Below are positions 10,911 to 21,639 of a stretch of DNA of 64,000 bases, piece after piece. The position numbers and the translations under genes are program-made. The stretch is from an uncultured Planctomycetota bacterium (GTDB lineage: Bacteria > Planctomycetota > Planctomycetia > Gemmatales > Gemmataceae), in contig CAWKHF010000006.1 in assembly GCA_963849325.1 (NCBI GenBank), positions 288,001-352,000 on the forward strand, in the 5' to 3' direction. The number at the start of each line of letters is the position of its first letter. The stretch's first letter is position 1. Below the pieces are notes generated by a model. It had not been told where the DNA came from. It did not search any database and worked only from the letters and a program-made list of their open reading frames with translations.

Positions 10911-13396
10911 ATGGGACCATCGAACCTTAGCATCGTCCTGTTCGGCATGCCGGCGGCCGGCAAGTCGTCTTTACTCGGCGCGTTGGCCCAGGCGGCGCAG
11001 GCGCAGGAGCACTTGCTCAACGGCCGCCTCACCGACGTCTCGCACGGCCTGGACGAATTGCGGCGCCGCGTCTACGAGGAAAGCGCCCGCCGCACTGCCG
11101 AGGAAGTCGTACCGTATCCCATCGATTTCGAGCCGTTCAATGACGACGGCCGCAAGGCGGAAGCGGCCCGCCACGTCGGCGCCGTGGTCATCGACTGCGA
11201 TGGCCGAGTCGCCAACGACTTGCTGGTGCGCCGGCAAGCGTTGCCCGAGGATAGCCCCGAAGGCACGCTGGCCCACGAAGTCGTCCAGGCCGATACGCTC
11301 GTCCTCGTCGTCGATGCCTCGGCGCCGCCGGCGCAGGTCGAGGCGGATTTCGTCGAGTTCGACCGCTTCCTGCGTCAGCTGGAAACGAGCCGCGGTTCGC
11401 GCCGAAGTGGGTGGGCTGCCGGTGTTTCTGGTGCTGACCAAGTGTGACCTGCTGGCCCAGGTCGGCGACCGCGTTTCCGACTGGATGGAGCGCATCGAGC
11501 AGCACAAGCGCGACGTGGACGCGCGTTTTCGCCGCTTCCTGGCCCGCCGCGAGCAGGAGTCCGGCCCGCTGCCGTTCGGCCGCATCGACCTGCACTTGTG
11601 GGCAACGGCGGTCAAGCGGCCGGAGTTGGCCGGTTCGCCGGCCAAGGCCCGCGAGCCGTATGGCGTGGCCGAGCTGTTCCGCCAATGTCTGGAACAGGCC
11701 GCCGCCTTCCGCGGCCGTCGCCGGCAATCGGGCCGTCGCCTGCTGTGGACGGCCTCGACCGCCGGCGGCATCGTCGCCGTCATGGCCTCGCTGGCCGCCG
11801 TCTTCGTCGTTCAGAACCTCGATACGCAGACCAACGCGCTGCGGAGCCGGGTGGACGCAGTTCGCTTCGCCGACCTGCCGTCGGCTGCTGAACGGCTGCG
11901 CGCCCCGATCCGCGAACTGCGCGCTCGCGCGGAGGAACTGGCCGCGATCCGGAAAGATCCGCAGTTCGGCTCTCTTCCCGCCGAGCAACAGCAGTTGGTG
12001 CGCGATCGTCTCGAGGAGCTGAATGCGTACCTGGCCTACTTCGACCGCCTACGCCAATCGCCGCGCCCGCAGGACGTGCATACGGAGAGGGCGCTGCGCG
12101 AGATCAAGGAGAGTTTGCGTACGGAGTTGGCCTTGCCCCGCGCCGATTGGGCCGCGACGGACGCCGGCCGGCTCCACGCCGATCGCGTCCAGGACGCCGA
12201 CGCGCTGGGCACCGCCGTCAAGCGGGCGCGGAACTGGTATCTCGACAGCGTCGAGAAGGCCGACAGCCTGTGGACGTTCCAGGGACAGCAGACCAGATCG
12301 GAAGCGGCCGGCGTCAACTGGGATTCGTGGGCGCGCGAGGTCGAAACGCTGCTCAGCCCGGAGCGCCGGCCGCCCTTCACGGGTTCAAGCCCCGTGCCCG
12401 GCGCCGCTACCACGCTGACTTACGATGCGACCGTGCTGCGCTTCGATGAGGTACTCAAGGCCCGCACCGACTGGGAGACGGACCAGCGCCGCTTGCAGCG
12501 CCTGCTCGATCTCAGTGCGGCGCTCGGCCTGGCGCCCGCCGTGGAAAAACGGCCTGCCGTGCTGGTCATCCCCCATCCCTTCACGCTGGCGCAGGCTGGC
12601 CAGCGACGCAAGACACTGACGCAATATTATCCGAATTATCAGAGTGGTTTTATCCTCGACAATGTGCCCGAAGCGATCCGGCCGCAGGTGCGCCAGGCGC
12701 GCGCGCACCTTTTACGAGCGCCTGCTGGAACCTGCCCGAGCCGCGGTATTGAGTCAACTTCAGCAGGCGGGCGGCGGCGCCGAAGAAACCCGAGCGCGCT
12801 GGGACGGCGTGCGCGACTGGCTGCGCGACCCAAAGGAACTACAAGACTGGCGCGTGCTGGCAATGGTGCTCGTCCGTCTTCACGATGCCGAGGCGGGCGA
12901 TCCCGTCGATGCCCTCCGCGAGTTCCTGAGCAAGACGAGCTTCGCGCTGGACGTGCGGCGTGTGACGCTGGAGGTGCCCGAGGGGCTGGGCGTGAAGCCG
13001 GCCGCGGATGCACGCTTCTCTGTCTATCACCCGGCGTCGGCGGGCGACAAACCCGCGCGGGTGTTCGAGTCGTCCGGCGAGGGCGAGCGCGACGCGCGGC
13101 GGCGCGTCGTGACCTATTCCTTCCGCTCCGTCGAAGGGCAGCGGCTGACGTATCAGCCCGGCGACGCTCTGTGGGCGACGCTGCCCCTGCGCGACGACTT
13201 GGCGTTCACCTGGGTGCGCGGCCGCAGCTTGATGTATCAGTTCGAGCGCCTGCTGCGGCCGCCGCGACTGCACAAGACGAGCGAAGCGACCACCGCCGGC
13301 ACACTGGAGGAGAAGGTCCAGCTGACGATCAGCCCATCCGACGGTGTGCCGCGTCTGCCCGACCTGATGCCGGTGGTGCGGCTTGTCCAAAACTGA
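10911..13396 (+). CDS. TRAFAC-class GTPase domain protein with TM helix and long C-terminal domain; frameshifted near 11400 and 12700
   Basis: G1 GMPAAGKSS, G3 DCDG, LVLVVDAS, G4 TKCD; TM GGIVAVMASLAAVFVV. Confidence 0.75.
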
Positions 13397-13469
13397 CATT
13401 GTTTAGCCGCGACGCGCAGCGGAGCGCAGGACAGACTCGCGCTCCGCTGCGCGTCGCGGCTAAACAATG
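13397..13469. repeat. REP-like palindrome between convergent genes
   Basis: cattgtttagccgcgacgcgcagcggagcgc...gcgctccgctgcgcgtcgcggctaaacaatg. Confidence 0.8.
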
Positions 13470-13474
13470 GGGAC

Positions 13475-15421
13475 TTACTTGCTCTGGAAGCTGCCGATGG
13501 TCATTTGCTTGTCCAGTTCGAGCTTGAACTCGTACTGAATCGTCTGCGCCTTCTCGCCGTTCATGGCCGGTTCGACGTCCAGGTCCCAGCGCAGCAGGTT
13601 GTGCGGCCGGTCCTCGCGCACGTACAGCGAATCCTTGCTGACCTCCGGCTTGGCCTTGACCAGGCTGACGCCCATCGTCTCGTTCTCGGCCAGCGGCAGG
13701 CGGTCCCATACTTGCAGCTTAACGCGCTCCGTCTTGTAGCTATTGACGAGGATGCGGTACTCGTACTTGAGCACCTGATTGCCGCCCTGCATGGTGCGGG
13801 CCTTGTCGATCATCTGGCGATGGACCTGCAACTGCGGCTCGGCGCCGAAGCCGGCGGTGAACTGCTCGCCGATGGCCACCAGCGGCAGATTCATGCGGCC
13901 GACGAAATCGGTGCCGTTGTACATGGTCGCCTCGCCGGGCAGCAGGACGTATTTGCTCTTGTTGGTCAGGTTGGCCTGGCGATAGACGTGCGGCGTCAGC
14001 ACCGGCACCGCCTTGTAGAAGTACTCCGGCGCCATGTCGAGCTTGGCCACTTCGAGGACTTGCTCGTCGTTGCGCGACGGCACGGTCAGGCGGGCGTTGA
14101 GGTGATAGGTCACGCTCGGCCCCTCGTTGGGAATGGATGGCTTGCCCTTGCCGCTGAGCCGGCCGTCGGGGTTGAGGACCAGGTCGCAGGCTTGATCGAG
14201 TGCGCCGGCGTAGTTCCAGATCGTGTTTCCCGCGTACGCATTCTTTTGATTGAGTTCCTGCTGGGCCTGCTTGCGTAGATCCTTGGCGGTGTTCTCCAGG
14301 TCGGCGGCCGTCGACCAATCCCTGCGGGTTCGGGATGGCCCCGAAATTCGAGTCCAGGTTGTTATTCATCGTCAGGGCCTCGAAGTGAACGGATTGCCGG
14401 CCAGTCTGCGCGGCCGGTTGGCCCGGCTGCGAGCCGCGCGCGACGGCGCCGCCCTTCGACGTGCCGCGCGGCACGACGGCGACGGCCAGGCATCTGCAAG
14501 TCCGGCGGCGCCGCGTTGAGCATCGGCTGGGCCGTGGACAGGACGAGGTTGACTCTCGACCAATCCTCGCCGGTCTGCTGCATGATGGCGGCCAGGTACT
14601 CGACCTGCACCTTGTCCTGGATTTCCTTGCCGGCGCGGAACTTGTACTGCGGCCGCCACGAGGCCGCGTCCACCAGGTAATTCAGACGAACCTTGCCGGG
14701 AGCGGCGTTGGCCTTGTCCACGACGATGACGGCGTCGCGCTCCGTCTTGCTGGTGCCGGCCGACAGCTCGCGCAGCTTCCGCTGCGCGAATTCGAGCTGC
14801 TCGGCGTTGGTCTCCATCTGCTGCTGCAACGACACCATCTCCTTGGTCTTCTCGCCGCGGCCATCCATCAGGTACTTGGCCAGGGCGATGGTGGCTTCGC
14901 TGTCGAGCTTGCCCTTCTCGGTGGCGTGCTGGGTGCTGACGGTGGTGAAGTTTTCGAGCTTGCCCAGCAGGCCCATGTTCTGCTTGCACGCCTCCATGTC
15001 GGCCTGGAGTTTTCGCGCGTTGGCTTGCAGCTTCTTGACCTCGTCTTCGAGCTTGCGCACTTCCTCGCGGCGTGTTCTCCTTGACGGGCCGAGTACGGAA
15101 GCGCGTGGTCAGGACGCGGATGCCGTCGGCGCTCTCGGAGTAGAGCGAGCTGTTGACCGTGCGCTCGGGCAGGGGCGTGACGACCAGTTCGACGGTTCCG
15201 GCGCCGGCGGGCACCTCGACCTCGCGCGTGACGAGGGCGCTGTCGGGGTAGACGGTGACGTGGGTGATGCGGCTGGCGGCGGTTCGGGGCGGCGCCTCCG
15301 CCTTGGCCGGCGCCGCCTCGGCGTCCCGGCCCGCCTTGGCGGCCTGACCATACCACATCACGGACACAGCGGCCAGACACAACGTAAGTCCGCTCAACAT
15401 CAGAAATAGACGTTTCCTCAT
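13475..15421 (-). CDS. DUF4140/DUF4139 (MuiA-like) secreted protein; frameshifted
   Basis: SRITHVTVYPDSALVTR, LNYLVDAASWRPQY, QQTGEDWSRVNLVLSTAQP, YVLLPGEATMY across three ORFs; signal peptide. Confidence 0.85.
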
Positions 15422-15458
15422 CGGGAAACTCCTTTATTAGCGAACAGGGTTACGCGAT

Positions 15459-18008
15459 TCAACGTGCCAGCGGCCACAGACGCAGCTCACCGGCGGAAAG
15501 ACTGAGAAGGACGTGCCGGCCATCGGCGGAGAAGGCGAGGCACTCCACGCGCTCCAGGGCCGCGCCGTCGAGATGGGCGACCTCGCGGCCCGTGGCCGTG
15601 TCCCACACGCGGACGACCGCATCCGGCGTTCGATACTGACTGCTTCCGGTCAACACCTGCCGGCCGTCCGGCGTGAAGGCGACGCGGACGATGGGATTGG
15701 CGTGTCCCGCGCCCTGCCGCAGCTCCTTGCCGCCGACCACGTCCCACAGGCGCAGGACGCGATCGCCGCCTCCGGAGGCGGCCATTCGGCCATCCGGGGC
15801 GAAGACCACACTGTAAACGGCGGCCGTGTGGCCGAGCCAGCGGCCGCGTTCCTCCCCGCTCGCCACGTCCCACAAGCGCACGCTGCGGTCGGCGCTACCG
15901 GAAAGCACGCGCCGTCCATCGGAAGAGAAGGTCACGCACGTGACCGCGTCCGTGTGTCCCGTCAAGCAGCGCAATTCCTTGCCGCCGGCGAGATCCCACA
16001 GACGAAGCGTGCGGTCGTCTCCGCCGGAGACGGCAAGCCGGCCATCGGCCGAGATCGCCACCGCGCGCACCGCGTCGGTGTGGCCGGTGAAACGCCGCAC
16101 TTCCTGGCCCGTGTCCACGTTCCACAGACGCAAGCTGCGATCGCGCCCACCGGATAGCACGCTGCGCCCGTCGGAGCCGAACGCCACGCTTAACACCTCC
16201 TCCGTGTGCCCCTCGAAGCGCCGCCGCTCCTCTCCGCCCGCGAGACCCCAGAGGCGAACGGTTCGGTCCTCACCCGCCGAGGCGGCCAGGCCGCCACCGG
16301 GTGCGAAGGCCATGTCCCGTACCGCATCGCGGTGGCCGCGAAACGAGTTCGCCGGCCTCCGCACGACCTCAACCGCGCCGGCGTCCGCGCCGACAGAGAA
16401 GAGGCGGGCGAGTTCCGAGTATGTCTCCTCGAAGACTTGCCGCTGCACCGTGCCGCCCTTGGCCAAAAGCGTTCCCAGCGAACGCATCAACTCGGGCGAG
16501 CGCCGCAGGCGCACCGCGAACTCCTCGGGCATAAGTCCGGTCTCGGCAGCGGCGCTGCGCAAGTCCAAAACGTCCTCGTAACGCCGCACCGCTGTCATGA
16601 TCGGTTCCGGTCCTCCCGCGGGTACGCCCGCCTGCTCCAGCGCCCGCGCGAATCGCTCCATGTCTTCCTTCATGAGCCGGCGCATCCGGGCCGACTGCGG
16701 ATAAAGGGCGAGGATGGCGGCGCGCTCGTCCGCCGTGAAGACGGCGGGATTTTTGAGGACGTGAGCGCGGACCTGGTCGTCCTTGGGCAGCAAGCCGCGG
16801 ACGTGACAGGACAGGCACGACAGGCCATTCTCGACGAGCCGATCCGGCCGCCGGGGATCGCTGACGATGTCGCCGGGCGCCTTGTCCACGCGCCGGCCCG
16901 CGGCATCGACGAGCAAGTAGCCCTGCAAGCCGTTGGGCAGGTGAAAAAGGATTTCGCCGCCGGCCGCGACGAAGCCGCCCGATCCGGGCATGGGGCCGAG
17001 CGGGCGCTCGAAGATATTTTGCCTACCCGTATTCTCGCTGAAGTCGTAGCTGCGCCAGTAGGCGCCGTGGGCGGCATCGTGACGTTCGAGGATGCGATTG
17101 TTGCGGGCGACGCCGGAGCCGTTGAAGCCGGCACGGACGGCGTTGTCGTCTTGCAGGTCGGCCCGGACATCGACTTGCAGCCGACGTTCGAGGGCGCGGT
17201 CGGTGCTGGGCAGTTGCAGGAAATCGTGATAGAACGGCGGCCGCGATGCCGTGGCGAGGAACCAGTCGCCGCGCAGGTACGGCTGAGCGCTGCCGGTCAG
17301 CGCGGCGCACTCCTTCGCCGCGGCGCTCGTCTCGCCCGGGCGGTACGGATACACCACGGCCAGGCGCTCCCACATCCGGGCCGTCCATTGGTAATCGCGC
17401 AGATCGAGGCGATAGATCGTTCGCGCCGCACCCACGGGGCGCGGCGGCGAGATGCGGGGATGCCACGACAGGCTGTTGACCAGCTTGGCCAGGGCGTGCC
17501 GATGCCTGGACACGCTCTCTTCCGACAGCCCCGCGTTGGCCAGGTGGGAAAGCGTCAAGTAGCGCGTGAAGCGGCGCTGTCGCGGTGGGAGATCCTGCAA
17601 ATCGGCGAGGACCGTCCGCACTAGCAGCGCCTCGCGGAGGAGGGACGGCGGCGGCGTGGGATGGAAAGGCGGAGCGCCGGCGTCGATCCAACGGCGCAGG
17701 ACGGCGAGGTCGCCGGCTTGGAGGCGCGGCCGTTTGCCGGGCGGCATCTCGCCCTGCTCGATGCGTTGAAACAGCGGCGATTCGTCGGCCTTGCCGGGCA
17801 CCACCTGCGTGCGGCTGGCCAGTCGGTCGGGATCAAGGACATAATCGAAGCCGCCCTTGCCGGTCCCATCGGGTCCATGACAGGCGGCGCAATGCGTGCG
17901 CAGCACGGCTTCTGCTCGGGCCGGCAAGTCCTCCACCCCGTGCGCCGGGCTGAGGACCAGAAGGAACGACAGGAGCCAACCGACGGAATAAGTCGTCGCG
18001 CGTCGCAT
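15459..18008 (-). CDS. Planctomycete cytochrome c domain plus WD40 repeat protein
   Basis: Signal peptide, CAACH and CLSCH heme motifs, GEMPP, about 7 GH...WD repeats at the C-terminus. Confidence 0.88.
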   Translation of the reverse strand: MRRATTYSVGWLLSFLLVLSPAHGVEDLPARAEAVLRTHCAACHGPDGTGKGGFDYVLDPDRLASRTQVVPGKADESPLFQRIEQGEMPPGKRPRLQAGDLAVLRRWIDAGAPPFHPTPPPSLLREALLVRTVLADLQDLPPRQRRFTRYLTLSHLANAGLSEESVSRHRHALAKLVNSLSWHPRISPPRPVGAARTIYRLDLRDYQWTARMWERLAVVYPYRPGETSAAAKECAALTGSAQPYLRGDWFLATASRPPFYHDFLQLPSTDRALERRLQVDVRADLQDDNAVRAGFNGSGVARNNRILERHDAAHGAYWRSYDFSENTGRQNIFERPLGPMPGSGGFVAAGGEILFHLPNGLQGYLLVDAAGRRVDKAPGDIVSDPRRPDRLVENGLSCLSCHVRGLLPKDDQVRAHVLKNPAVFTADERAAILALYPQSARMRRLMKEDMERFARALEQAGVPAGGPEPIMTAVRRYEDVLDLRSAAAETGLMPEEFAVRLRRSPELMRSLGTLLAKGGTVQRQVFEETYSELARLFSVGADAGAVEVVRRPANSFRGHRDAVRDMAFAPGGGLAASAGEDRTVRLWGLAGGEERRRFEGHTEEVLSVAFGSDGRSVLSGGRDRSLRLWNVDTGQEVRRFTGHTDAVRAVAISADGRLAVSGGDDRTLRLWDLAGGKELRCLTGHTDAVTCVTFSSDGRRVLSGSADRSVRLWDVASGEERGRWLGHTAAVYSVVFAPDGRMAASGGGDRVLRLWDVVGGKELRQGAGHANPIVRVAFTPDGRQVLTGSSQYRTPDAVVRVWDTATGREVAHLDGAALERVECLAFSADGRHVLLSLSAGELRLWPLAR

Positions 18009-18539
18009 GGGACCTCCACAAGCGAGATGCCGCGGCATCTCCGGAAGTCCTTATCATCTCCGGGGCAGCCAGGAAGGCAAGTAACAAGCCTGTAACAAGC
18101 GTCGGCGACAGCGGGAGCGCGAACCGTCCAGATTGTCGGGTCCAAGGTGAGGAAGGGGAAGAGGATTGGCTCCGTTGCGACACCGCCGAGTGAGCCAATC
18201 CAAAGACCGATCGCCAGCGTCCAATCCATCGTCGTTGCGAAGAGTTGTCGCCATCGAGCGGAGGCGACAGAACGGCAATTGAACTTTTTATCGCCGGCAT
18301 CCAGGGCTGGGAAGCCGGATTGCGGCAGATTATCTCGGAGAAATTGAGCAACGACACGAAATCGTAAATCATTGTGTGGTCTTTATTTCCGAACAGACTC
18401 TCGGCATGGAGGGCCGACCGCGCGGCAGTCTACCCAGAAATCGACTCGGAAGAACCTCATCTCCCGCGCCGGTTCCTCCAATCCGTTCATCCCCCTCGGA
18501 TCGGCGTATTCGGCAGGACCATACCGCTCCTTTCCCCTT

Positions 18540-18629
18540 GCCGCTACCGCTGGCGGTGAGCACGTCCTGGAGGGTGACGGACAACACGCCGGTGAAGACG
18601 TTCTGGCTCCAACTGGTCGTGCTCGTGCC
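18540..18629 (-). pseudogene. Short relic of toxin carrier 46-aa repeat
   Basis: Translates GTSTTSWSQNVFTGVLSVTLQDVLTASGSG, matching stalk repeats at 25-26 kb. Confidence 0.7.
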
Positions 18630-18646
18630 GAAGTTTCCGATGCGGT

Positions 18647-18710
18647 GATCCCTGAATCGCGCTCCTCCATCCGCCCCATGACTGCCCGGATGGCATTTTC
18701 GGGAAGGACA
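18647..18710 (+). mobile_element. IS right-end remnant (copy 1)
   Basis: gatccctgaatcgcgctcctccatccgccccatgactgcccggatggcattttcgggaaggaca, nearly identical to 30968-31031. Confidence 0.7.
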
Positions 18711-18774
18711 ACGGTAGACGGCGACCGACCTATCTTACGAAGGAAGCGATTTGCCAGACAGAGCCTAGACTCCT

Positions 18775-19134
18775 CTATTTCCGAGGATGTCGCTCTGCGT
18801 CTATTTCCGACAAGTGACACCCACGTATGAGCCAATCATGTCCGAATGTTAGACCCGACGTTATGCTGGGAAAGACGCCAACCTCGATTCCTGTTTCCGC
18901 GTCGTAAGGGTCTGACGGTCCCGCATAGTACCGTATCTCGCCTGCAATCCGCTGGAGAACAAATCGTCTCGATCCCTTGTCAATTTCAATCCCAGGATCG
19001 TTTGTAATAGTCGTGAAATCAAGACCCTTGCCCCAACACAAATCCACAAAAATCGGGGTTTCGGTCATCTTACACTGAGACGCAAGGAGATCATAGCTAT
19101 GGCCTTGCGCTCGTAGACTTTCAAGGAATGTCAT
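18775..19134 (-). CDS. Candidate immunity protein for toxin tip 5
   Basis: 119-aa low-GC ORF starting 9 bp after the toxin stop. Confidence 0.65.
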   Translation of the reverse strand: MTFLESLRAQGHSYDLLASQCKMTETPIFVDLCWGKGLDFTTITNDPGIEIDKGSRRFVLQRIAGEIRYYAGPSDPYDAETGIEVGVFPSITSGLTFGHDWLIRGCHLSEIDAERHPRK

Positions 19135-19143
19135 GCCCGCACC

Positions 19144-21030
19144 TTAGTGAATCCGCTCACCCGTCGAGAGATTGTAAATCGCTCGGGGACCTCCAGGATA
19201 TTCCTCTATGACGATACAGGCGCCTGGAGTAAGAAAGCCTTGTTGCTGTAACGCCTGGCGAATCGCTGGAATATCGCTTACCCTGGGCACAAACCCGGTT
19301 GAGGATGGACCAACGACTACATCCTTTCCTATCATCATGAACCCAAACCTTTGTTGGCCCGTTTGGAGCGGCCCAAGATTGGTCCCTGACAGCGTGAGAT
19401 GGTTTGTAGAACTGCCATAAGTGCCCGCCGTAACTCTACCACCTTCAGGAGTCACTTCCACGACACCGATGAGCTGGCCTTGGCCGAATTGAGCCCGAGC
19501 CTGCGCAAGAGTATGCTGCGTTCCGCCAGGGAGTGTCCTCGTTTGTGAAGCAGGAATTTCAGTGGGAGCTGGACCTTTGACTCTGCCAGCGTTAATCTCA
19601 TTGGGAGCCGGGCCTTTGACTCTGCCAGCGTTAATCTCATTCGGAACTTGTTTTGGAGCAGTTCCCTTTGGAGAAGGACTCGCTGCCTTGGCCACTGCTA
19701 CGCTCGCCGCAAAGGCACCGGCATTCTGGCAGTACTGGGTACTGTCCCCCGTCTTCACCGCATCGATTGCCGAATCGGCCAGCCCGTAGATACCGAGCGT
19801 GCCCGCATCCGTCATCTGCTTGGCGATATATTTGCCACCCTCCGCGGGGCCACGCTTTGAGGCCTCATCCATCCCTTTGAACAACCCGGAACTGGGCTCA
19901 TACTGGTACACACTCGTACCGAACATGGCATTGCTGGCAAGCGATCCTGCCTGCAAGGTTGCACGCGATACGTCGTTGCTGGCCAGCGCCAACTCCAAGG
20001 GAAGCTTGGCGGCCCCGATGGCCATATTCTTCGCTCCCTCGGCCGCGCCCGAACAAGCAGCACAGGGAGCGTCCCACAAATAAAACTTCCAACCCATTCC
20101 TTCAGGGGCTGCATCGGTGAAGGGTTGACCAAACGGTGAGTAATCGAGGTTGCCCGGTCCCGCTCCCGGCGTCGCATTGGAGACGTTGGCGAAGCCTTGC
20201 AGCAGGGAGTAACGGTCCTGTCCGGTCTCGCTCTGACTGAGACTGCCGCTCTTCCAATCGCCACTCTCCTGCAAGCTGTAGCTGTTGCTGCCGACACCAC
20301 TGGGCATGGTAGCGCCGGGACCACTGTCGGTCAAGTTGTAGCTGCCGTTGCCCGACTCCGTGCGCTGGAAGGTCTGGTCCGGCGTGTTGCCCGTCTCGCT
20401 CACCGAGGTCGTCTCACTGCCCTGCAACGTCGCGCTGTAACTGCCGCCCAACGACTGACCCGACTCCGCCATTGCATAACTGTCATCGCCACTCAGGCCA
20501 CGGCTGTAAGCGCCGGTGACGCTGTTGCCGCTCTCCTGACCGCTGCTCGTCGCACTGCCCGACTCCGTCAGACTGAAACTGTCGCTGCCGCCGGCCGTCT
20601 GCGTCATCCCGTAGTTGTCGCTGCTCGTCAACTGCGCCGTGTAACTGCCGGTGAAATTATCCCCCGACTCCTGCCGCGTACTCGTCTGACTGTCGCTCTC
20701 ATTGGTGCCCACGCCGCCAGCACTGTCCTGCAGCGTCGTCGTGCCGCTACTGCTGGTGTTGCGCGTGTAGGCACCCGTGAAGTCGTCGCCCGACTCGGCA
20801 AGCGTGCTGTTCGACTGGCTCGTCTCCGTGTACGACGCTTGCCCCGCCAACGTCGTCGTCGTGTCCTGAATGGTCGTGCTCACATTGTCCGTACCCGAAC
20901 CGCTGTAGCTGCCGGTGTCGTCGTCGCCCGTTTGCTGCCACGACTGCTGCTCACTGCTGGACTTGCTCAGGCTCGACGTGCCCACGCTGTTGGTCGCCGT
21001 CTGGCCCAGGTTGTCCGTGCCGCTCCCCTC
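19144..21030 (-). CDS. Orphan toxin cassette 5: truncated stalk, GNLDYSPFG junction, unknown toxin domain
   Basis: 20110-21020 nearly identical to the C-terminal stalk of carrier B (23360-24260); GNLDYSPFGQPFTD at 20113-20154; unique lower-GC tail; no clear start. Confidence 0.8.
   Translation of the reverse strand, partial: EGSGTDNLGQTATNSVGTSSLSKSSSEQQSWQQTGDDDTGSYSGSGTDNVSTTIQDTTTTLAGQASYTETSQSNSTLAESGDDFTGAYTRNTSSSGTTTLQDSAGGVGTNESDSQTSTRQESGDNFTGSYTAQLTSSDNYGMTQTAGGSDSFSLTESGSATSSGQESGNSVTGAYSRGLSGDDSYAMAESGQSLGGSYSATLQGSETTSVSETGNTPDQTFQRTESGNGSYNLTDSGPGATMPSGVGSNSYSLQESGDWKSGSLSQSETGQDRYSLLQGFANVSNATPGAGPGNLDYSPFGQPFTDAAPEGMGWKFYLWDAPCAACSGAAEGAKNMAIGAAKLPLELALASNDVSRATLQAGSLASNAMFGTSVYQYEPSSGLFKGMDEASKRGPAEGGKYIAKQMTDAGTLGIYGLADSAIDAVKTGDSTQYCQNAGAFAASVAVAKAASPSPKGTAPKQVPNEINAGRVKGPAPNEINAGRVKGPAPTEIPASQTRTLPGGTQHTLAQARAQFGQGQLIGVVEVTPEGGRVTAGTYGSSTNHLTLSGTNLGPLQTGQQRFGFMMIGKDVVVGPSSTGFVPRVSDIPAIRQALQQQGFLTPGACIVIEEYPGGPRAIYNLSTGERIH
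19563..19640. repeat. 39-bp tandem duplication (NEINAGRVKGPAP x2) in the pre-toxin linker
   Basis: Direct tandem repeat visible in DNA and protein. Confidence 0.9.
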
Positions 21031-21060
21031 ACTCCTGCCGCACGAAGAATCCGGTGCTGG

Positions 21061-21125
21061 GTTCCTTGAGCCACACTCCGCCATCGACTGCGTGACTGCC
21101 AGGATGGCATTTTCGGGAGGGGACA
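21061..21125 (+). mobile_element. IS right-end remnant (copy 2, diverged)
   Basis: tgactgccaggatggcattttcgggaggggaca core shared with copies ending at 18710 and 31031. Confidence 0.65.
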
Positions 21126-21148
21126 GCGTCAACGAAGGCGGCAGTTTC

Positions 21149-21610
21149 TCATTTGGCGAGTTTTAGGGTCATGGCTTGGTCGTTCACTTCCAATGACGCT
21201 ATCTGAACTTCTATCTCAGAACCTTCGGGCAAGTGCCTGGTTTGGTCGTTGAGTGGAAGCTCACCAACACAGTCGTTTCCAACATCGACGGTAACACCGT
21301 TTTGGTGAACCATCTTGACTTTGCCACGCAGTACCGTGCCTGGTGGATTTCGAGACAATGCTCGATAAGGGTTTCCTTCCGGGTCAAGATGCTTCAATGA
21401 GCCGGTGTAAGTGTTCTTCTCGTAGTTCAACCGTTCAATCATAACCCTGAGCGTTTGACCAACAGAGAGGTTGGCAAGCATGGTCGGAGTAGGAATCCAT
21501 GCGACATTGTTCAATGGAACGAAAATACTATCATTACCGTAGGCGAGAAAAATGCCGAACGGTTCGACCCGCATGATCATCGCTTCAACAATTGCACCGA
21601 TTTCGAGCAT
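21149..21610 (-). CDS. Tandem S1 RNA-binding domain protein; candidate immunity for ART-like tip
   Basis: IGAIVEAMIMRVEPFGIFL...VGQTLRVMI...SLKHL and PGTVLRGKVKMVHQNGVTVDV...GSEIEVQI resemble two S1 OB folds. Confidence 0.75.
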   Translation of the reverse strand: MLEIGAIVEAMIMRVEPFGIFLAYGNDSIFVPLNNVAWIPTPTMLANLSVGQTLRVMIERLNYEKNTYTGSLKHLDPEGNPYRALSRNPPGTVLRGKVKMVHQNGVTVDVGNDCVGELPLNDQTRHLPEGSEIEVQIASLEVNDQAMTLKLAK

Positions 21611-21639
21611 GTCACAACCTCACAGTGTAGAGTGGCCTA

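Noticed and set aside
2388-15421. Split lepA, lepB, GTPase and DUF4139 genes as pseudogenes or programmed frameshifts
   Set aside because: Indels affect conserved or essential genes throughout the window; sequencing error is the simplest explanation
15459-18008. Cytochrome c-WD40 fusion as a novelty
   Set aside because: Common architecture in planctomycetes
18050-18400. tRNA or att site at the left element boundary
   Set aside because: Only a 10-bp inverted repeat (ggattggctc/gagccaatcc); no cloverleaf or direct repeat found
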